Below the pieces are notes generated by a model. It did no database searches and was not told where the DNA came from. It saw only the letters and a program-made list of their open reading frames with translations. From Basidiobolus meristosporus CBS 931.73 (Eukaryota; Fungi; Basidiobolomycota): a DNA stretch of 64,000 nucleotides. Numbering within the stretch: position 1 is the stretch's first letter; each line of letters begins with the position of its first letter. This document shows positions 1 through 13,100 of this stretch, piece by piece. The stretch covers positions 165,761 through 229,760 of the forward strand of contig MCFE01000027.1 in assembly GCA_002104905.1 (NCBI GenBank), read 5' to 3'. A program made the position numbers and the translations under genes.

Positions 1-769
1 GCCTAGGGTCAGGAAAATTCTCATTGTGTAGTAGTGGTTGAATGGAACCTACCCATGGGGGTAAAGTAGTAATCGCCAAAGGTAGCAAATGCTACTCCGA
101 ACACAACCTATCAAAGCTCGTGAGTACAGGACACGAGTGGAATTAGAATAACAAACACCTCCACTAACAGGCAGAAGGGAAATGTAGACGGCCAAAGGAA
201 ATGAGGTTTTCAGAAACACCACTGAGAGGACAATCGTAAACACTGGGGTCATTGCTCGTACCACTTGGTGGAACTAATTGAAAACAAAGTTCATTGAGTT
301 TCACAAAAATCATAAGATTGACCAAATCAAGGAGTGTACCGGAACGGTTACTAGGTGGCTGGTGAAGGAGATTCTGAGTGTAAGTAAGTTTGTTCCCAAG
401 AGCCCTCATTTGTGCTACTTACAGCGAGACATTGCTGATGGCAATGTTCAAAGTGTACAGCACCGAAAAGGCAAGCATGACTGTGTTTTCTCGCTCGCCA
501 AGCTTACGTGGTTTGAAGATTCCAAGCAGATAGAAGATGTAGGAACCGATGGCACCGCATAGGGTATGAAGACCAGTCAAGGTCCAAGGGAATTTGAAGG
601 AGAAAAATTGCATAAGTGCTTTACTGTGCAAGGTCAAGGTGAGGTTAAAGAAGAAGTATAGGATTAGCCAGACGGCGGAGGAGTTCAAGATATCCGTGAG
701 GGATATGGCTCGAGTTGCTCGGCAAATACGCCGGTACACGGGCAAGGATTCGCTTGGAGGTGAGCCCAT
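1..769 (-). CDS. Triose-phosphate/nucleotide-sugar transporter family protein (multi-exon, 3' end runs off window start)
   Basis: ORF 419-769 (WLILYFFFNLTLTLHSK...FPWTLTGLH...LYTLNIAISNVSL) continues after GT-AG introns into VRAMTPVFT and GVAFATFGDYYFTPW, typical of the TPT/DUF250 family. Confidence 0.85.
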
Positions 770-1483
770 TGGGAGATTCTATGCCTTACACGGTGCTACG
801 TAACGACAGAGGGTGCAAGGAGCAAAACAAGATGGCCAAAATCCAGAGTCAAGGCGCTAGGGCAGTAGAGAGGATGGTTTTCAAGATATCAAAAGTATCC
901 AGCAGTGCCCAGAGCTCACTAAAAAGGAGAGTAAATATATTGGGGCACCAGAGCTGCAGCTCGTAATAATATTAGGAGAATAGTTGGATGTTCGTATAGT
1001 TGTATGAATAGGGATACACACAGCTTGGGAGCAGAAAAGTTCGAGGAGAATCCAATAGTATGCAGCGGATATATATACAAATAAAGAGGGGGCCATATCA
1101 GGACAGCGGAGCTATTTGTAGAAAGTAATGAAGGACACAGCTTTAAGGGGTGTCATGTACGGTTTAGGAGGCATATGAGTGTTAATTTCAATGAATGAAA
1201 CCGGCCATATTATGGCATATTTATTCAGCCAGATGGGAGAGAAACTAGTTAATGTGGAGTAGCAACTGACAAACATTCTAAATATAAGATTAGAGTTCAC
1301 GATGCAGGTCGAATCAAGATTTTCCCAGCTAAATCTAGGTAAATTTGTGCATAACCAATGCAGTAACTTAATTACTAATTCGTGCCAAGATTGTTTTGCT
1401 GGCCTGACGTCTGCACTTGAGGATTTCGATATTACCAGTAAAAGCACGAACAAAGGAGCATCCTTCTTTGTTTAATAACCATC

Positions 1484-2231
1484 ATGGTATGTTGTCTCAG
1501 TTCACTTAAACACAGTAGGTGTCCTTACTCAGAAATATTTAGTCGGTCAGTGTCACCTGTACTATTGACGATATTGTCGCCAAGAACGTGCGGAAATTCC
1601 GTTTTGCAAAGACTCTCGAGAACCCCTCAGCATACCTCAGTACGTTCTCGCAGAGCCTCTGTTCGTGGTCCTTGTGCTAAAAACAATTTGAATTTTCAGT
1701 CAAGATCGATCGTAAGAAGTTCTTGATCGAGGAAGATGAACTTTTCGAAAACATTGCTTTCGAGGACCTTGTTGAAGAAATCCCCGACGACTCACCAAGA
1801 TATCCTTCTGTCTCTTTATTTCATCTTGATATTTATCACAGCGGGAAAGATACTCCTCCTTAACATAGACGTACATATATCGTTCTAAGCTTCAAGTTCG
1901 AGCATCAGGATGGAAGACTCTCTTATCCACTTGTATTTATCTACTACACCCCCGATGGCTGTTAGTATTTACAACATACTTTTCGTGCCGCCCTTAACGT
2001 TCACGTTATCTTACCATTTGTATTGACAGGCTCTACTGAATTGAATATGCTTTACGCGAGCAATCAACCCTACTTCCAGCAGAAAACCGATTTAGGCAAG
2101 GTAAATGAACCAAATTTCCCTAAACAAATGTCCATCAGCACACTTATGAACAATACTTTCAGGTCCTTGAGCTTCGCGACAAAGAAGATCTCACTTTTGA
2201 GTGGTTGAAAGAGAGATTGAACTTGGTATAG
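1484..2231 (+). CDS. AIM7: Glia maturation factor (ADF-H domain), multi-exon
   Basis: Spliced by eye: M|SVSVTCTIDDIVAKNVRKFRFAKT..|VKIDRKKFLIEEDELFENIAFEDLVEEIPDDSPR|YIVLSFKFEHQDGRLSYPLVFIYYTP|STELNMLYAS..|VLELRDKEDLTFEWLKERLNLV*; matches GMF/Aim7 pattern. Confidence 0.9.
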
Positions 2232-2295
2232 AGGCACCATATTGAAAAGCAATAAACGTAGCCAATTTTACCACACGCACCTGCTTCATATGGAT

Positions 2296-3527
2296 TTATT
2301 TCCGAGGCAAATCAATGGGAACAAACACGACTTTGGTACAATTGTCCAGCTTCTTATCGAACAAATGATAAGCTTGATTAGCCTCCCTCAAAGGGAAACG
2401 GTGCGATATAATCTGGGAGATATTGTATTTCTTTTTCTCGAGGATTGGGATTAATTTGTCCATCATTGCTCGTGCCGGACATCTCCCGGAGATGTACGTC
2501 ACATTTCGGTTGTATCCTTCTGCTGGGGAGAACGGGAAATCTGCTGAATTATGAACCCCAATGGAAGATATGATTCCACCTGGCCTCATAATATTGAACG
2601 CAGTATCTAAAGCGGAGGTATTCCCCACCGCCTATCGTGTACAACAACATCAATGGATGATCAGCCACCGAACAATGATGCACTTACCTCGAGCACCACA
2701 TCAACACCTCTTCCAGCAGTTTTTCCTTTCAAAAACTCTATGGGGTCGTTTTCTGATGATACGGCATCAGCTCCCAAGGAGCGAGCGATCCCAAGGCGCT
2801 CTGGTACAGAGTCAATAGCGTAGATTTTGGTAGCGCCTAGTTCTTTTGCTCCGATGATAGACATGAGGCCCACAGGACCACAACCAATCACTGCAACTGC
2901 AGTATCAGCCATATCTTCAGGCTTGATTCCCGATAATCCATTGCGTGCGCAATAGAACCCGGTGGGAAAAACATCGCCTATCAACAATCCCTCTTCATCT
3001 GAGACGATCTCTGGCAGTTTGAGTAAGGTTGTCGATGCTAAAGGAACACGCACGTACTCTGCCTGGGCACCGTCGATGCTTGTTCAGAATCATTAATATG
3101 TGCTCATCGTTCAAACCACCAAGCTACTTACTGCCAACCAAACAACTGACTCTTTTCACAACGGCAAGTAAGCCCTTTCAAGCAGTAGAAGCACTCACCG
3201 CAGGATGTTGTAAAAGCGCTAGAAACTCTATCATTTACTTCGAAAGCGGAGACTTCGCCACCCACTTCGACAATACGACCCATGAATTCATGCCCTAGAA
3301 TACGATGTGGGGCACAGCCGACCTCATCCCCACGATAAACTAGAGGCGATAGTTCAGCAAAAGATAACGACGGCAAGAAAGGGAGAATAGGAATCACCAT
3401 GCAAATCGCTTCCACACAGGCCTGCAAGATGAACTTGGACAATAACGTCGGTTGGCTCGAGCAGTGTGGGCCTAGGGACGACTTTGGTTAGGATTTCGAA
3501 GTCTTGTATGAATGTGACTGCTTCCAT
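2296..3527 (-). CDS. Zinc-dependent MDR alcohol/formaldehyde dehydrogenase-like protein (FDH-like subgroup), multi-exon
   Basis: GLCGSDLH, GHEFMG, structural Zn CGECFYCLKGLTCRC, GDVFPTG and Rossmann GCGPVG motifs across ORFs 3354-3659, 3128-3442, 2661-3053 and 2296-2628. Confidence 0.9.
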
Positions 3528-3823
3528 GCTGTAGATACAAGTGTGGGTGGTGGATGTTATATACGATTTGACCTGTGGGAAAGAAATATCGGTGCTTTGC
3601 GTACATTGATTTAATCTACCCCCACCCTGATTACAACTAGCATACACTCGCACCAACAAATGCTGCCCAAATAGACGTGAGAGCAGATATGATGGTGAAA
3701 CGACTGTTCAATAGTAACGAAACATATGACGTGGTTTCACTGCATGGCCCCGAAGCTATTGCGTCAGCCCGATCCATACGGATATTTAAAGGGATCAGGC
3801 TCACTCCGCCTACTGTACTCGAA

Positions 3824-5115
3824 ATGTTTGGAAACCTTACAGAATCTTTAAAGAAACAGGCCGGCGCTTACCTTCAGAATCAAGCGCAGAGTTTGTTCAG
3901 CGGCCAGTCACAGCCACAGGACGATGGTCAGGGCCATTCGGTTGCTCCAGCTGGCACCGATTATGTGCAGAGCCCCAACCAGAATGCTGGCTCCTATGTC
4001 GGTCAAGCTAATGGAGAAGAGTTCTCCATCTCCGATTGCAGGTTCGTATGCCCTTCTCTTCGTACTATCGTGGTCCATAAAGTAACCCTCCTGCCAGGGG
4101 AAACAAAAAAGCGCTCTTTGTTGGTATCAACTACTTCAATACAAGCGCTGAGTTGAGAGGTAAGTCACAGCCTCCATTAAAGTTTCGAGCCGCCGTCTAA
4201 CCACTGGAGCAATATCAGGCTGCATCAACGATGTGAAAAACATCATGAACTTCGTTACCAATAATTTTGGTTTCAACCCACAAAACTGCCTTGTGCTCAC
4301 CGACGACCAGCAAGACCCAAGCAAAATCCCCACCCGAAACAACATTCTGCTGGGGATGAAGTGGTTGGTCGAGGGGGCCCAACCTGGTGATTCTCTGTTC
4401 TTCCACTACTCGGGCCATGGAGGATCCACCCAAGATACAGATGGCGACGAGGTTGATGGTAAAGATGAGACTATCTACCCACTTGATCATGAACAAGCTG
4501 GTATGATTCATGACGACGAGATGCACGCCCTTATGGTTCGAGACCTGCCCGCAGGTTGCCGTTTGACCGCAGTGTTTGATTCGTGCCATAGTGGTACAGT
4601 TCTTGACTTGCCCTTTACTTATAAGTGTAGTGGAGAAATCGAGGTTATTTGTGAAGATAGCCGAAAAGAAGCTGCCATGTCATTACTCAAAGCCGGGCTA
4701 TCCTACAGCCGGGGCGACACTGCTGGTGCCATGAGCTTAGTCAAGGATGGACTGGGATTCCTAATGCGTCCCCCCACTAACAAGGAGGCCCAGAAGAAAA
4801 CCGAGGAAACCCGCAAGTCCAACGCGGATGTAATCCAATTTGCTGGATGCCGAGACGATCAGGTATTTCCCAGCAATCTATCCACATGAATTGGTAGCTT
4901 ACGCCTCTTTTCAGACATCCGCCGATGCCACCATTAACAATCAGGCTACCGGAGCAATGAGCTACGCGTTGGTTACTGCATTGGGTCAGAATCGGAGCTT
5001 GACATACACCCAGTTGCTACAGAATCTCAGGGACATCCTCAAGAGCAAATACTCCCAGATTCCACAGATGTCTACCGGCCGTCCTATGGATATGAAAACG
5101 ATGTTCGCCATGTAA
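3824..5115 (+). CDS. MCA1: Metacaspase (type I), multi-exon
   Basis: Q-rich N-terminus; catalytic HYSGHG and DSCHSG motifs; ALLVGINY-like region; C-terminal GAMSYA...SQIPQMSTGRPMDM. Confidence 0.95.
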
Positions 5116-5252
5116 ATTAACCTGAATAAACTTGATTTCATTTGAATTTATTTCGTTCAAGTGTTGTGGTGGGAAGGATTAAACAATATAAACTAAGAAC
5201 ATGTAAGTTGATTTGAAAGAGCGGGGATTAAGGAACAAGTACATAATTATCT

Positions 5253-6524
5253 TTACAATTGCTTCCAGGCTTCAATTAAGATGTCAACGAACTTGGGCTC
5301 GCGAACTGCCACACGGACGTAGGTATCTCTGTAGTATCCTGGTCTACCACTGCGTACGGGCACACCAGCCTCCTTCGCTTTCTGGACCGCGAGGTCAGCA
5401 GTCGCAGAATCCTTCATGTCGACCCAAACCCATGAAAGGAAATCCTTTCCGAAGTATTCCCACTGCTTCTCGGTAGGTTTGTTTGCGCAAAGCTGGGTAA
5501 GCTGATCAACAACATACTTCCTCCATACGGGGGTGATCTTCCAAGTCTCCTCAAGATACTCCGTATCTCTAACAACTGCATTCATGAAGGCAAGGGCCAT
5601 AGTATTAACTGACCAAGGAACTTGGATCTTCTTCAGGGCATTGCAGTGGTTAGCGGTGGGACAAACGATCGATCCTGTACGAAGGCCGGTACAGGACCAG
5701 AGCTTGGTCCAACTATGGATTACATATACTGAAATGTTTCTGGTTGTGTACAAGGACTCGACGAATGCCTTTTGGTTTGTTAACGAATCCTCACGGAAGT
5801 TTTCTGAATGCCATGGTTGCATCGACTCGTCTAGGGACAAAGTAGGTTAGATCAACTGGAATCACCTAACATGGCGTAAAGCGTGGGAACTGCACTTACC
5901 AACAACGACGACTCCATTATCTTCGACGTTCTCCTCGATCCACTTCTTCATGGCTTCAACATCCATGTAGTCACCAGTTGGGTTGCAAGGATTAACAATG
6001 CACGATAGGGTGGCAGGGGTTTGTTCGTTAGGGGTAAGGATGGTGCGGCCATTAGTGACGGCAGAGCGTTCATATTCTTTGTACTGAACATCCCATGGTC
6101 CAGGCTTCCAGGTACCCTTGGGTGCAGAGCGTACCACAAGATCAATCAACTCACTGGCGCCATTCCCCAAAAGCAACCTGTCTCTATTCTCTAAGTAGTC
6201 AACAGGCCAGATGAACTCAGCCAGCGAAGTCTTGGCTGGCTCTTGATTTGCCGGAGGATAGTGGTGGCAAGTCTCAATCTAAGCCAAAACACAAAAGATC
6301 AGTATTGAATCACAGCCCTCACCATAGCACGAACATACCGAATCCCTAGCTGCCTGCAATGCTTGTTTGGGAGTTCCGAGAGGGTTTGTGGTGACGCTGA
6401 AATCCTCAATGAAATTATCAATGAACTTCCAATCTTGTCCACCATGGAACTGCTGAAGCTTTGAATCCCAAACGGCCTCTTCTTTGGCCACGATCTTGGT
6501 TTGTGGAGAGTCACCAGTCAACAT
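5253..6524 (-). CDS. PLP-dependent class I/II aminotransferase, CobD/HisC-like, multi-exon
   Basis: FHGGQDW..DFSVTTNPLG, HYPP, GNGASELI, VNPCNPTG, DES, and PLP-lysine motif HSWTKLWSCTGLRTG, plus VRVAVR. Confidence 0.85.
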
Positions 6525-7139
6525 TGGGAATTGGTAGAAGCGAGAATAAAGGAAGGGTGGAGGAGAAGGAAACGGATTCATTGCTTTTAACTGAAATGAT
6601 ATCCTCGGAGCACCTACCAAATCCAGGAGGGTATTAACCAACTGGCTTGTGTACCCTTTCACACAAATTAAGCGGTATCATATATAAATAAGTAGACCAA
6701 TGATGGCCGCCTATACATTGATATTGAAGGTAGTTAGGGGCTCAAAAATCAGCAGCTCGCTTAAACTAAGCAATAGTGAGGCTGCTCCACACTAGACTGG
6801 CATTCAATTGCATTAAGTGATACAATCTGAATCAATCTTCTTCGCACTTTCAGATGTTCAACAGGAACTATTGCTAGTAAAGTTCAATCAGTGGACTCGC
6901 CACGTTGAAGGGGATCACAAATAGGGCATCAATGTCGTACTGACAGGTTAGAATTAATGATTGGTGTTCAGGGTATATTGGAATTATGATGCAAGTGATT
7001 CGCGAATAGTCTGAGTATTCCACAATAATCTAACCTTGATGGAAGATGGAAAAACAATGCATTAGTGGAAAAAAAAAGGGTTGCCATATCTCGTTGACTA
7101 GGCTGGTTTCATTACTCGAACTATATACCCCTCTACAAT

Positions 7140-7698
7140 ATGCGTCTGGTTAGTATACAAGGCACAGTGCTTATGTTCAGACACTTATTCCTTTGTTAGC
7201 TCAAGGAGGAAGAGGAGGCTGATGTGGAAGTCAACTATGAAGATCAACAGAAGATCAACTCGTTCAGTCGTTTGAATGCTCGCCTCAACGATATGGAAGA
7301 CACATATGAGGGCAAGAAGGTGGCCGTCTAGCCTTTTATATTTTCAACTCTCCATCGCTAACAAAACTCGCAACAGACTGAATTAGAATATCTTGAGGAT
7401 CTCGAAACCGAGTTGGAATTGGCTGATGAGGAGGAGCCAGTCATGTAAGTAGATTCGTTTGGCGACCAAATGAACTCGAAACTAAGCAAGGTTCTCGTTT
7501 AGGTACCGTGTTGGTGATGCCTACATTTCCTTGTCTCTCGAAGAAGCTCAAGAGCGTCTCACGAAAGAACAGGAAGAGCTCAAGGCTGAAGTGGAGCAAT
7601 TGAAGAGCGAGATGGACGACATCTCTGAGCAGATGGACAAACTCAAAGTAGTTCTTTATGCTAAATTCGGAAAATCCATCAACCTCGAAAAAGATTAA
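7140..7698 (+). CDS. GIM3: Prefoldin subunit 4, multi-exon
   Basis: Spliced: MRL|..EVNYEDQQKINSFSRLN..|..LEDLETELELADEEEPVM|YRVGDAYISL...LKVVLYAKFGKSINLEKD*. Confidence 0.95.
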
Positions 7699-8025
7699 AT
7701 ACTCTGCTATACTCTAATTATGCGCATCCCGAATTCACCCTTTTCTCTATAATACAATACAGTACCTCAAGCCCGGATTGAATTTGGGGTGATATAGGAG
7801 GATATTTATATTGTTTTGCGTCATTTGGGCATAAAGGAAAGTTGCGAGTATGTGTGGGATGTGGGATGTGGCATGTGGCATGTGTTGACACTTAACGTAG
7901 TTGCTTTTCCCTAGTTCGCAGCGCTTTGTATATTTCGCGCAAATTGCGACATGACCATTTGTGTATAAAACATGTAGATAAGGCTTGATAAAGGGATTTA
8001 TTCTACAATGATATTTTGGTAAAAT

Positions 8026-8919
8026 CTAATAAGCATATCCTCTAAGAATCTTGACATCTTCTTTAGGTCTACATTGGAGAGGTTGTTTAGTATTGTGTAG
8101 CATTCATGTGTGCAATCTACCTACCTATCGCTCGAATCTGTGGCAACAAGTCCCATTCTTTTGACCACTTTCATGCCTTCGCTAACTCTGCCGAATATAG
8201 TGTGTTTCCCTATTCGGAAGCGAATTTAGAATTTACCTCGACCTTGAATACGGCAAAGTAAGCAACATACCATCGAGCCAAGGAGTAGGAGCTAAGGTGA
8301 TAAAGAACTATAATCCTATGTTAGCACATGTAATCACATATGAGTAGAGGAATAGGCGGCTTACTTGACTTCCATTGGTATTAGGCCCAGAATTGGCCAT
8401 ACTTAGAATACCGGCTCCTGTATGCTTGAGGCCACGAGTAATTTCGTCTTCGAAAGACTCACTTGAGAACACAATTCAGTTTACAGGAACCATTTGAAAT
8501 ATATACACAACCGAGTTTACCCGTAAATACTAGCACCTCCGCGACCAGTTCCAGTAGGGTCACCTCCCTGAATCATGAAATCCTACGCAATAGCGAAGGG
8601 TAAGTTTCGTTTCTAACCAACTATTTGCTGTATATGCCTACGGAGATAATTCTGTGAAACTTGATTCCATTGTAATATCCCCTCTTGGCCTAGATTGACA
8701 AGATACATTAGATGTAAGTGACGCGTGCGCTTACATTCCACAAGATCTACTAACCAATTCATAGAAATTCTTACAAGTCTTAGGGGCCTCATCCCAATAA
8801 AGCTCGAAGGTGATGTTACCCTTTGTGGAAGTAGAAGGCAGTATTTTAGCACAAGTCAATTAACAAAACCATTTCTTCGTCTGTACCATTGAGGTCTCGA
8901 AAACTACACTGCGTTCCAT
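8026..8919 (-). CDS. PPIL1: Cyclophilin-type peptidyl-prolyl isomerase, PPIL1-like, many short exons (absent from the ORF track)
   Basis: Reverse-strand exons read [11 protein letters not shown]|[19 protein letters not shown]|..[12 protein letters not shown]|[21 protein letters not shown]|[30 protein letters not shown]|[13 protein letters not shown]|KHTIFGRV.. Confidence 0.93.
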
Positions 8920-9106
8920 AATAATGCCTTTGGTTCGTAGAAACGTGCCTGGTTTCAATTACGATGGATTCTTATGAGTGTGCTAAATGTTGATTTGGAT
9001 CCCTTTTTTTCATTGATTGATGCTTAGGGAACTGTCTAATGTTATGAATGTGTTTTTCGATAAGAGGGCAATTGGTTTCATATTGGGATCTATTTTGCTC
9101 CTTACA

Positions 9107-10012
9107 ATGTCCACTGTCGGAAAGGCCGCTAGTTTTCTCCAATTCTTCCATATTTGCGAGAAGTTGAAGGTATCTTTCCTACTGTTTTGGCCGTACACAC
9201 ACATACACCGAGGTTGACAAAACATACCCAACCCAACAGAGAACCAAAAGAACAGGATGGATCAAGCGCGGCGTTAACCAGCCGGAATCCATTGCTGACC
9301 ATATGCATCGTATGTCTATCATGGCTCTCCTCATCGACGACAAAAGCCTGAATCGCGACAGGTACGCTCGCGATTCCATTGCACTATGTGCAGCAGCTTT
9401 CTATAAACTGATTCCTCTGCTCTTAGATGTATGAAGATGGCAGCCGTTCACGATTTAGCGGAGGCAATTGTGGTATGCTCTATTCTGAGCTAGACTGGTA
9501 TTGGCTGTGATTAAATGATTCCATAGGGTGATATTACTCCTCATTGTGGCGTTTCTAAAGAAGACAAGTACAAACTAGAACATGTAAGTAAACGCTATGT
9601 TTCGACAAAAAATCCAGCCGAGGAAGCCAGTTTTAATAGATGGTTATGAATGGAAAATAGGACGCCATGGTAAAGATGGTTGATACCCTCGGTAACTCCG
9701 AGCAAGCACAAGAAATCTTTGAACTGTGGAAAGAATACGAGGCAGGCCGCTCTTCGGAAGCATTGTTAGTTAAAGATCTCGACAAATTCGAAATGATCGT
9801 TCAGGCCATCGAGTATGAAAAATGTATGTCACTGCTAATTTAAGGACCTGGTTCTAGGAAATTGCTAAATCTTTCCTTTTTTAGCTGACAATATCCGACT
9901 CAACGAATTCTTCGAGTCTACTCGTGGCGTATTTCAACATCCCCAGGTAAAGCAATGGGTGGAAGAGCTGTATGCTGAGCGGGAGGCTACATCTAGTGGT
10001 ATCCAGGAATAG
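9107..10012 (+). CDS. HDDC2: HD-domain 5'-deoxynucleotidase (HDDC2/YGK1 family), multi-exon
   Basis: LK|..[20 protein letters not shown]...[21 protein letters not shown]...[17 protein letters not shown]. Confidence 0.92.
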
Positions 10013-10196
10013 AGTTCTGGTGTAGGCCATGAGAAACATAACCAAGCAATAAATGTTTATTTGGGTCATCAAGAAGGCTGTATATATCTTATTATCTTAA
10101 TATTTCCTACTAGCAGGACATAGTCGAAGGCATATTTGTACAGAAATAGCGGAAATAATCGAACGAACGCGTCCAAGGATAGAGCGAATTTTCCGA

Positions 10197-13100
10197 TCAC
10201 GTTTCCTTCGAGCTTGATATAGCACTAGTAAACGCTTCCCGAAGGGACATCTCAGAACCTAATAAGTTTAGTTAGTGTTGGAATTGCTGTCAACTTGCAT
10301 GCGTATTTGTATCCTTGATTACCATAAATCGAGCTCAGATAACGGACCAAGTCTCGGCATAGCTTCAGTCAGAATGGAGTTAGATGGTGAATGAACCCAT
10401 ATGCAAACGCATATACATACAGTTATTTCATTAGCTTCGTAAGCTTTCTGAATAAGGCGCACGGAGTACTGGAAACAATGGAGTGAGCATTCTGCCTATG
10501 CGTTCTGCTTGAACCTATGTACTACGTTACCTTGCTGCTGACGGAGACTGGTTCCAGGGTCTGTAACACAATCAGATAGGATGTGGCAGTCTTGAGTTGA
10601 TCGGCATCGATGCACCGTTCAAATAATTCTCTGGGATTTCCAACCGCCGAAAATAAGTAGCCCCACAGGGCAACCTCAGTTTTACGGGCACACCTGACAA
10701 CAACATCTAAATACTGTGGAAAATGATTCAAGAATTGGACGACGGATGGAAGCTCCGCATCTAGAAACAAGGAATAAATCATTCCGCTCCAAATCCCAAC
10801 GACCTATCTCAAATACCTTTGCCTGGGGTTGCTGATGCATCTGCCTCGTCCTCTAGAACCTGGTGTAAGAGTACTTCCAAACTATGCGCGAAATATTTCA
10901 AGCGCTGGTAACAGAGCGCATATGTGACAGCTTCGGATTCGAGTCTGGGTTAAGGGTTTAGCAAAAATCAAGCATTTTTTGGCGCAGAACAAATTACCCT
11001 TTGGAGAGAAAATGACGGACAGCGTGGTGGATAAACAGGTGGCTCTAAATGGTAGAAGGTCTATCAGGTAAAGATCGACAAGGCACCTTGGTCAAGCTCC
11101 CTACCTTCGTCAAAAGTTTAAAGGAAGCAAATGGTGAGTGGGTCATGGATGTGCTTTGTTCCAAACCAATGACAATCCCTTTTTCCAACAGAATAGCTAG
11201 AGGTTTGAATGAAGTGTTATCACATGGTTGCCATTCAGTATTGTGCTAGTGGTGCGTCCTACATCTAGGATAGAAGTCAAGGGAGAAGCGGAAAGATTCA
11301 TCGCCGTCTGATTCAGTGAAGTCTAGTCCAGCGGTGGCTTCTCCTGTATTGTGACGTAATATACTGGCCCAAACCTTGAAAATGACGAGCATTAACCTCA
11401 CGAGCAAAAATCCACGATTTGCTGAGTGAGTTACCTGGAACGATTGCCCGTCATACGACCACAGGGAATTTTGCTGGCTCCCGATGGTTTTATTTGGAAC
11501 GTAGAAATACTCCACGCGATCGGAGAGTTTGCGCGCCTTGTACTGAAATACACCATCGATCTGAAATGATACGGTGAGCGGCAAACGTGTGCGAAGTCAA
11601 CCTTTGCTTTGCTTACCTCCTGTGGGCTTGCATAAACCAACTTTCCAGCGATAAGAATGATAATTGAAGAGTGTCTCGGATCGTTAAACGAACCCTCTGA
11701 TAGATGCCAGTTAGCTCATGATGATATCCTTCTCCGCAGATGTGCGCTTCATACCAGCAGGCTTTTCCTGTAACCAGGTTATGCACTGGACTCTACCGGG
11801 CACGCTGATAACCCCTTCGAATGAAATTTGCTGCAAAAGCTCAACGTCGAGCGACCCATCTAACAAAAAATCAGTAAAGCAGAATCACAATACAACGTGC
11901 CAATGCCTACCGGAGCGTGTCGATATTCTGTAATCATGAAGGATATTGTCCATGGTATAGACTAAAAGAGAATCGTCCATGATGCTCAAATAAATTACAG
12001 GATTGGCTAGTTTTGCACAGGCTAGCATGTAGGAATAATCAAGATTGTTTTCTCGAGAGTAAAAGCGCAGCTAGGATACGCATTGGTTACCGTGTGTAAT
12101 GGCCAAACACTATAGTGTAAAAATGACCCACCTCATGTGAGTTGTCTTCAATCAAGTCACAAGCAACAATTAGAATCTTCTTGTACCAAACCAAACCACC
12201 GTGGCAAACGAACTCTTGCTCCTTCGACGAGGATGAGCGGCTAGGTAATGCAAGGAAATCAAAGTGCTCACAATACCTGTAGCTGGTCGCCAAAGAGTTT
12301 CCACCGTCCAGTGGTAATGTTACAGTGTGCGACCCCGTGTTTACCAGCAATGGCCACATATTTCCCATCGTAGCTGATGGACACATACTAGAAGGGAATC
12401 AGTTCACGTACATATCCATCAAAATTGACACCAAACTGGCGTTACCTTTATCGGCCAATTATCCGAAATATACGCACTAGGATACTGGAATACATAAGGC
12501 TTCAGTCAGTGCATGGATCGACATAAACCAATGTTGTGCGAGGTACCTGGATTGTCTGCCAAATCACGTCTGGGTTCAATCCTTCTATCTCTTGGTCCAC
12601 TTTATTGTACAAGTAAAGCCTATCGTCCATTTGGAGCAAAGCGTGTCGCACGTTGTCCTGCAATATGTCCAATGTTAGGATGATTTGTCCAATGTATGTA
12701 TTACTCATGATGGTGTTACCGGACTATGGAAACCCGTAACGGCGGACTTCACGATCGGTAATATGTAGAACTTGTCGACAACCCCTAATACACGGTGTGA
12801 GTGATGTTTTGCTTGTGATAACATCCGTCCATATCTTACCGTCCTCTAGTGATATATTTTGCAGAATGAAAAGTTCCTGGTTGCTTGGACTCCAAAACTA
12901 TGCAAAGAATGTGAACTCCCCGACTACTGAATAGAGACCCTGTGTCAAGTAACAACGTACCAGCTGATGGGCTCCGTGAAAGAAAGCATCCTGGAAATTT
13001 CCTGACCTACGTAAGGATAGGTTAGCAAGGCTTGTACTGGTCGAGAAGAGAAATGAAACTGGGTATACAATAGTGTGAGGGAATCTTCGGAAATTGTACT

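Noticed and set aside
881-1453. Minus-strand ORFs upstream of the TPT transporter
   Set aside because: No family motifs and no convincing splice linkage; treated as intergenic or UTR
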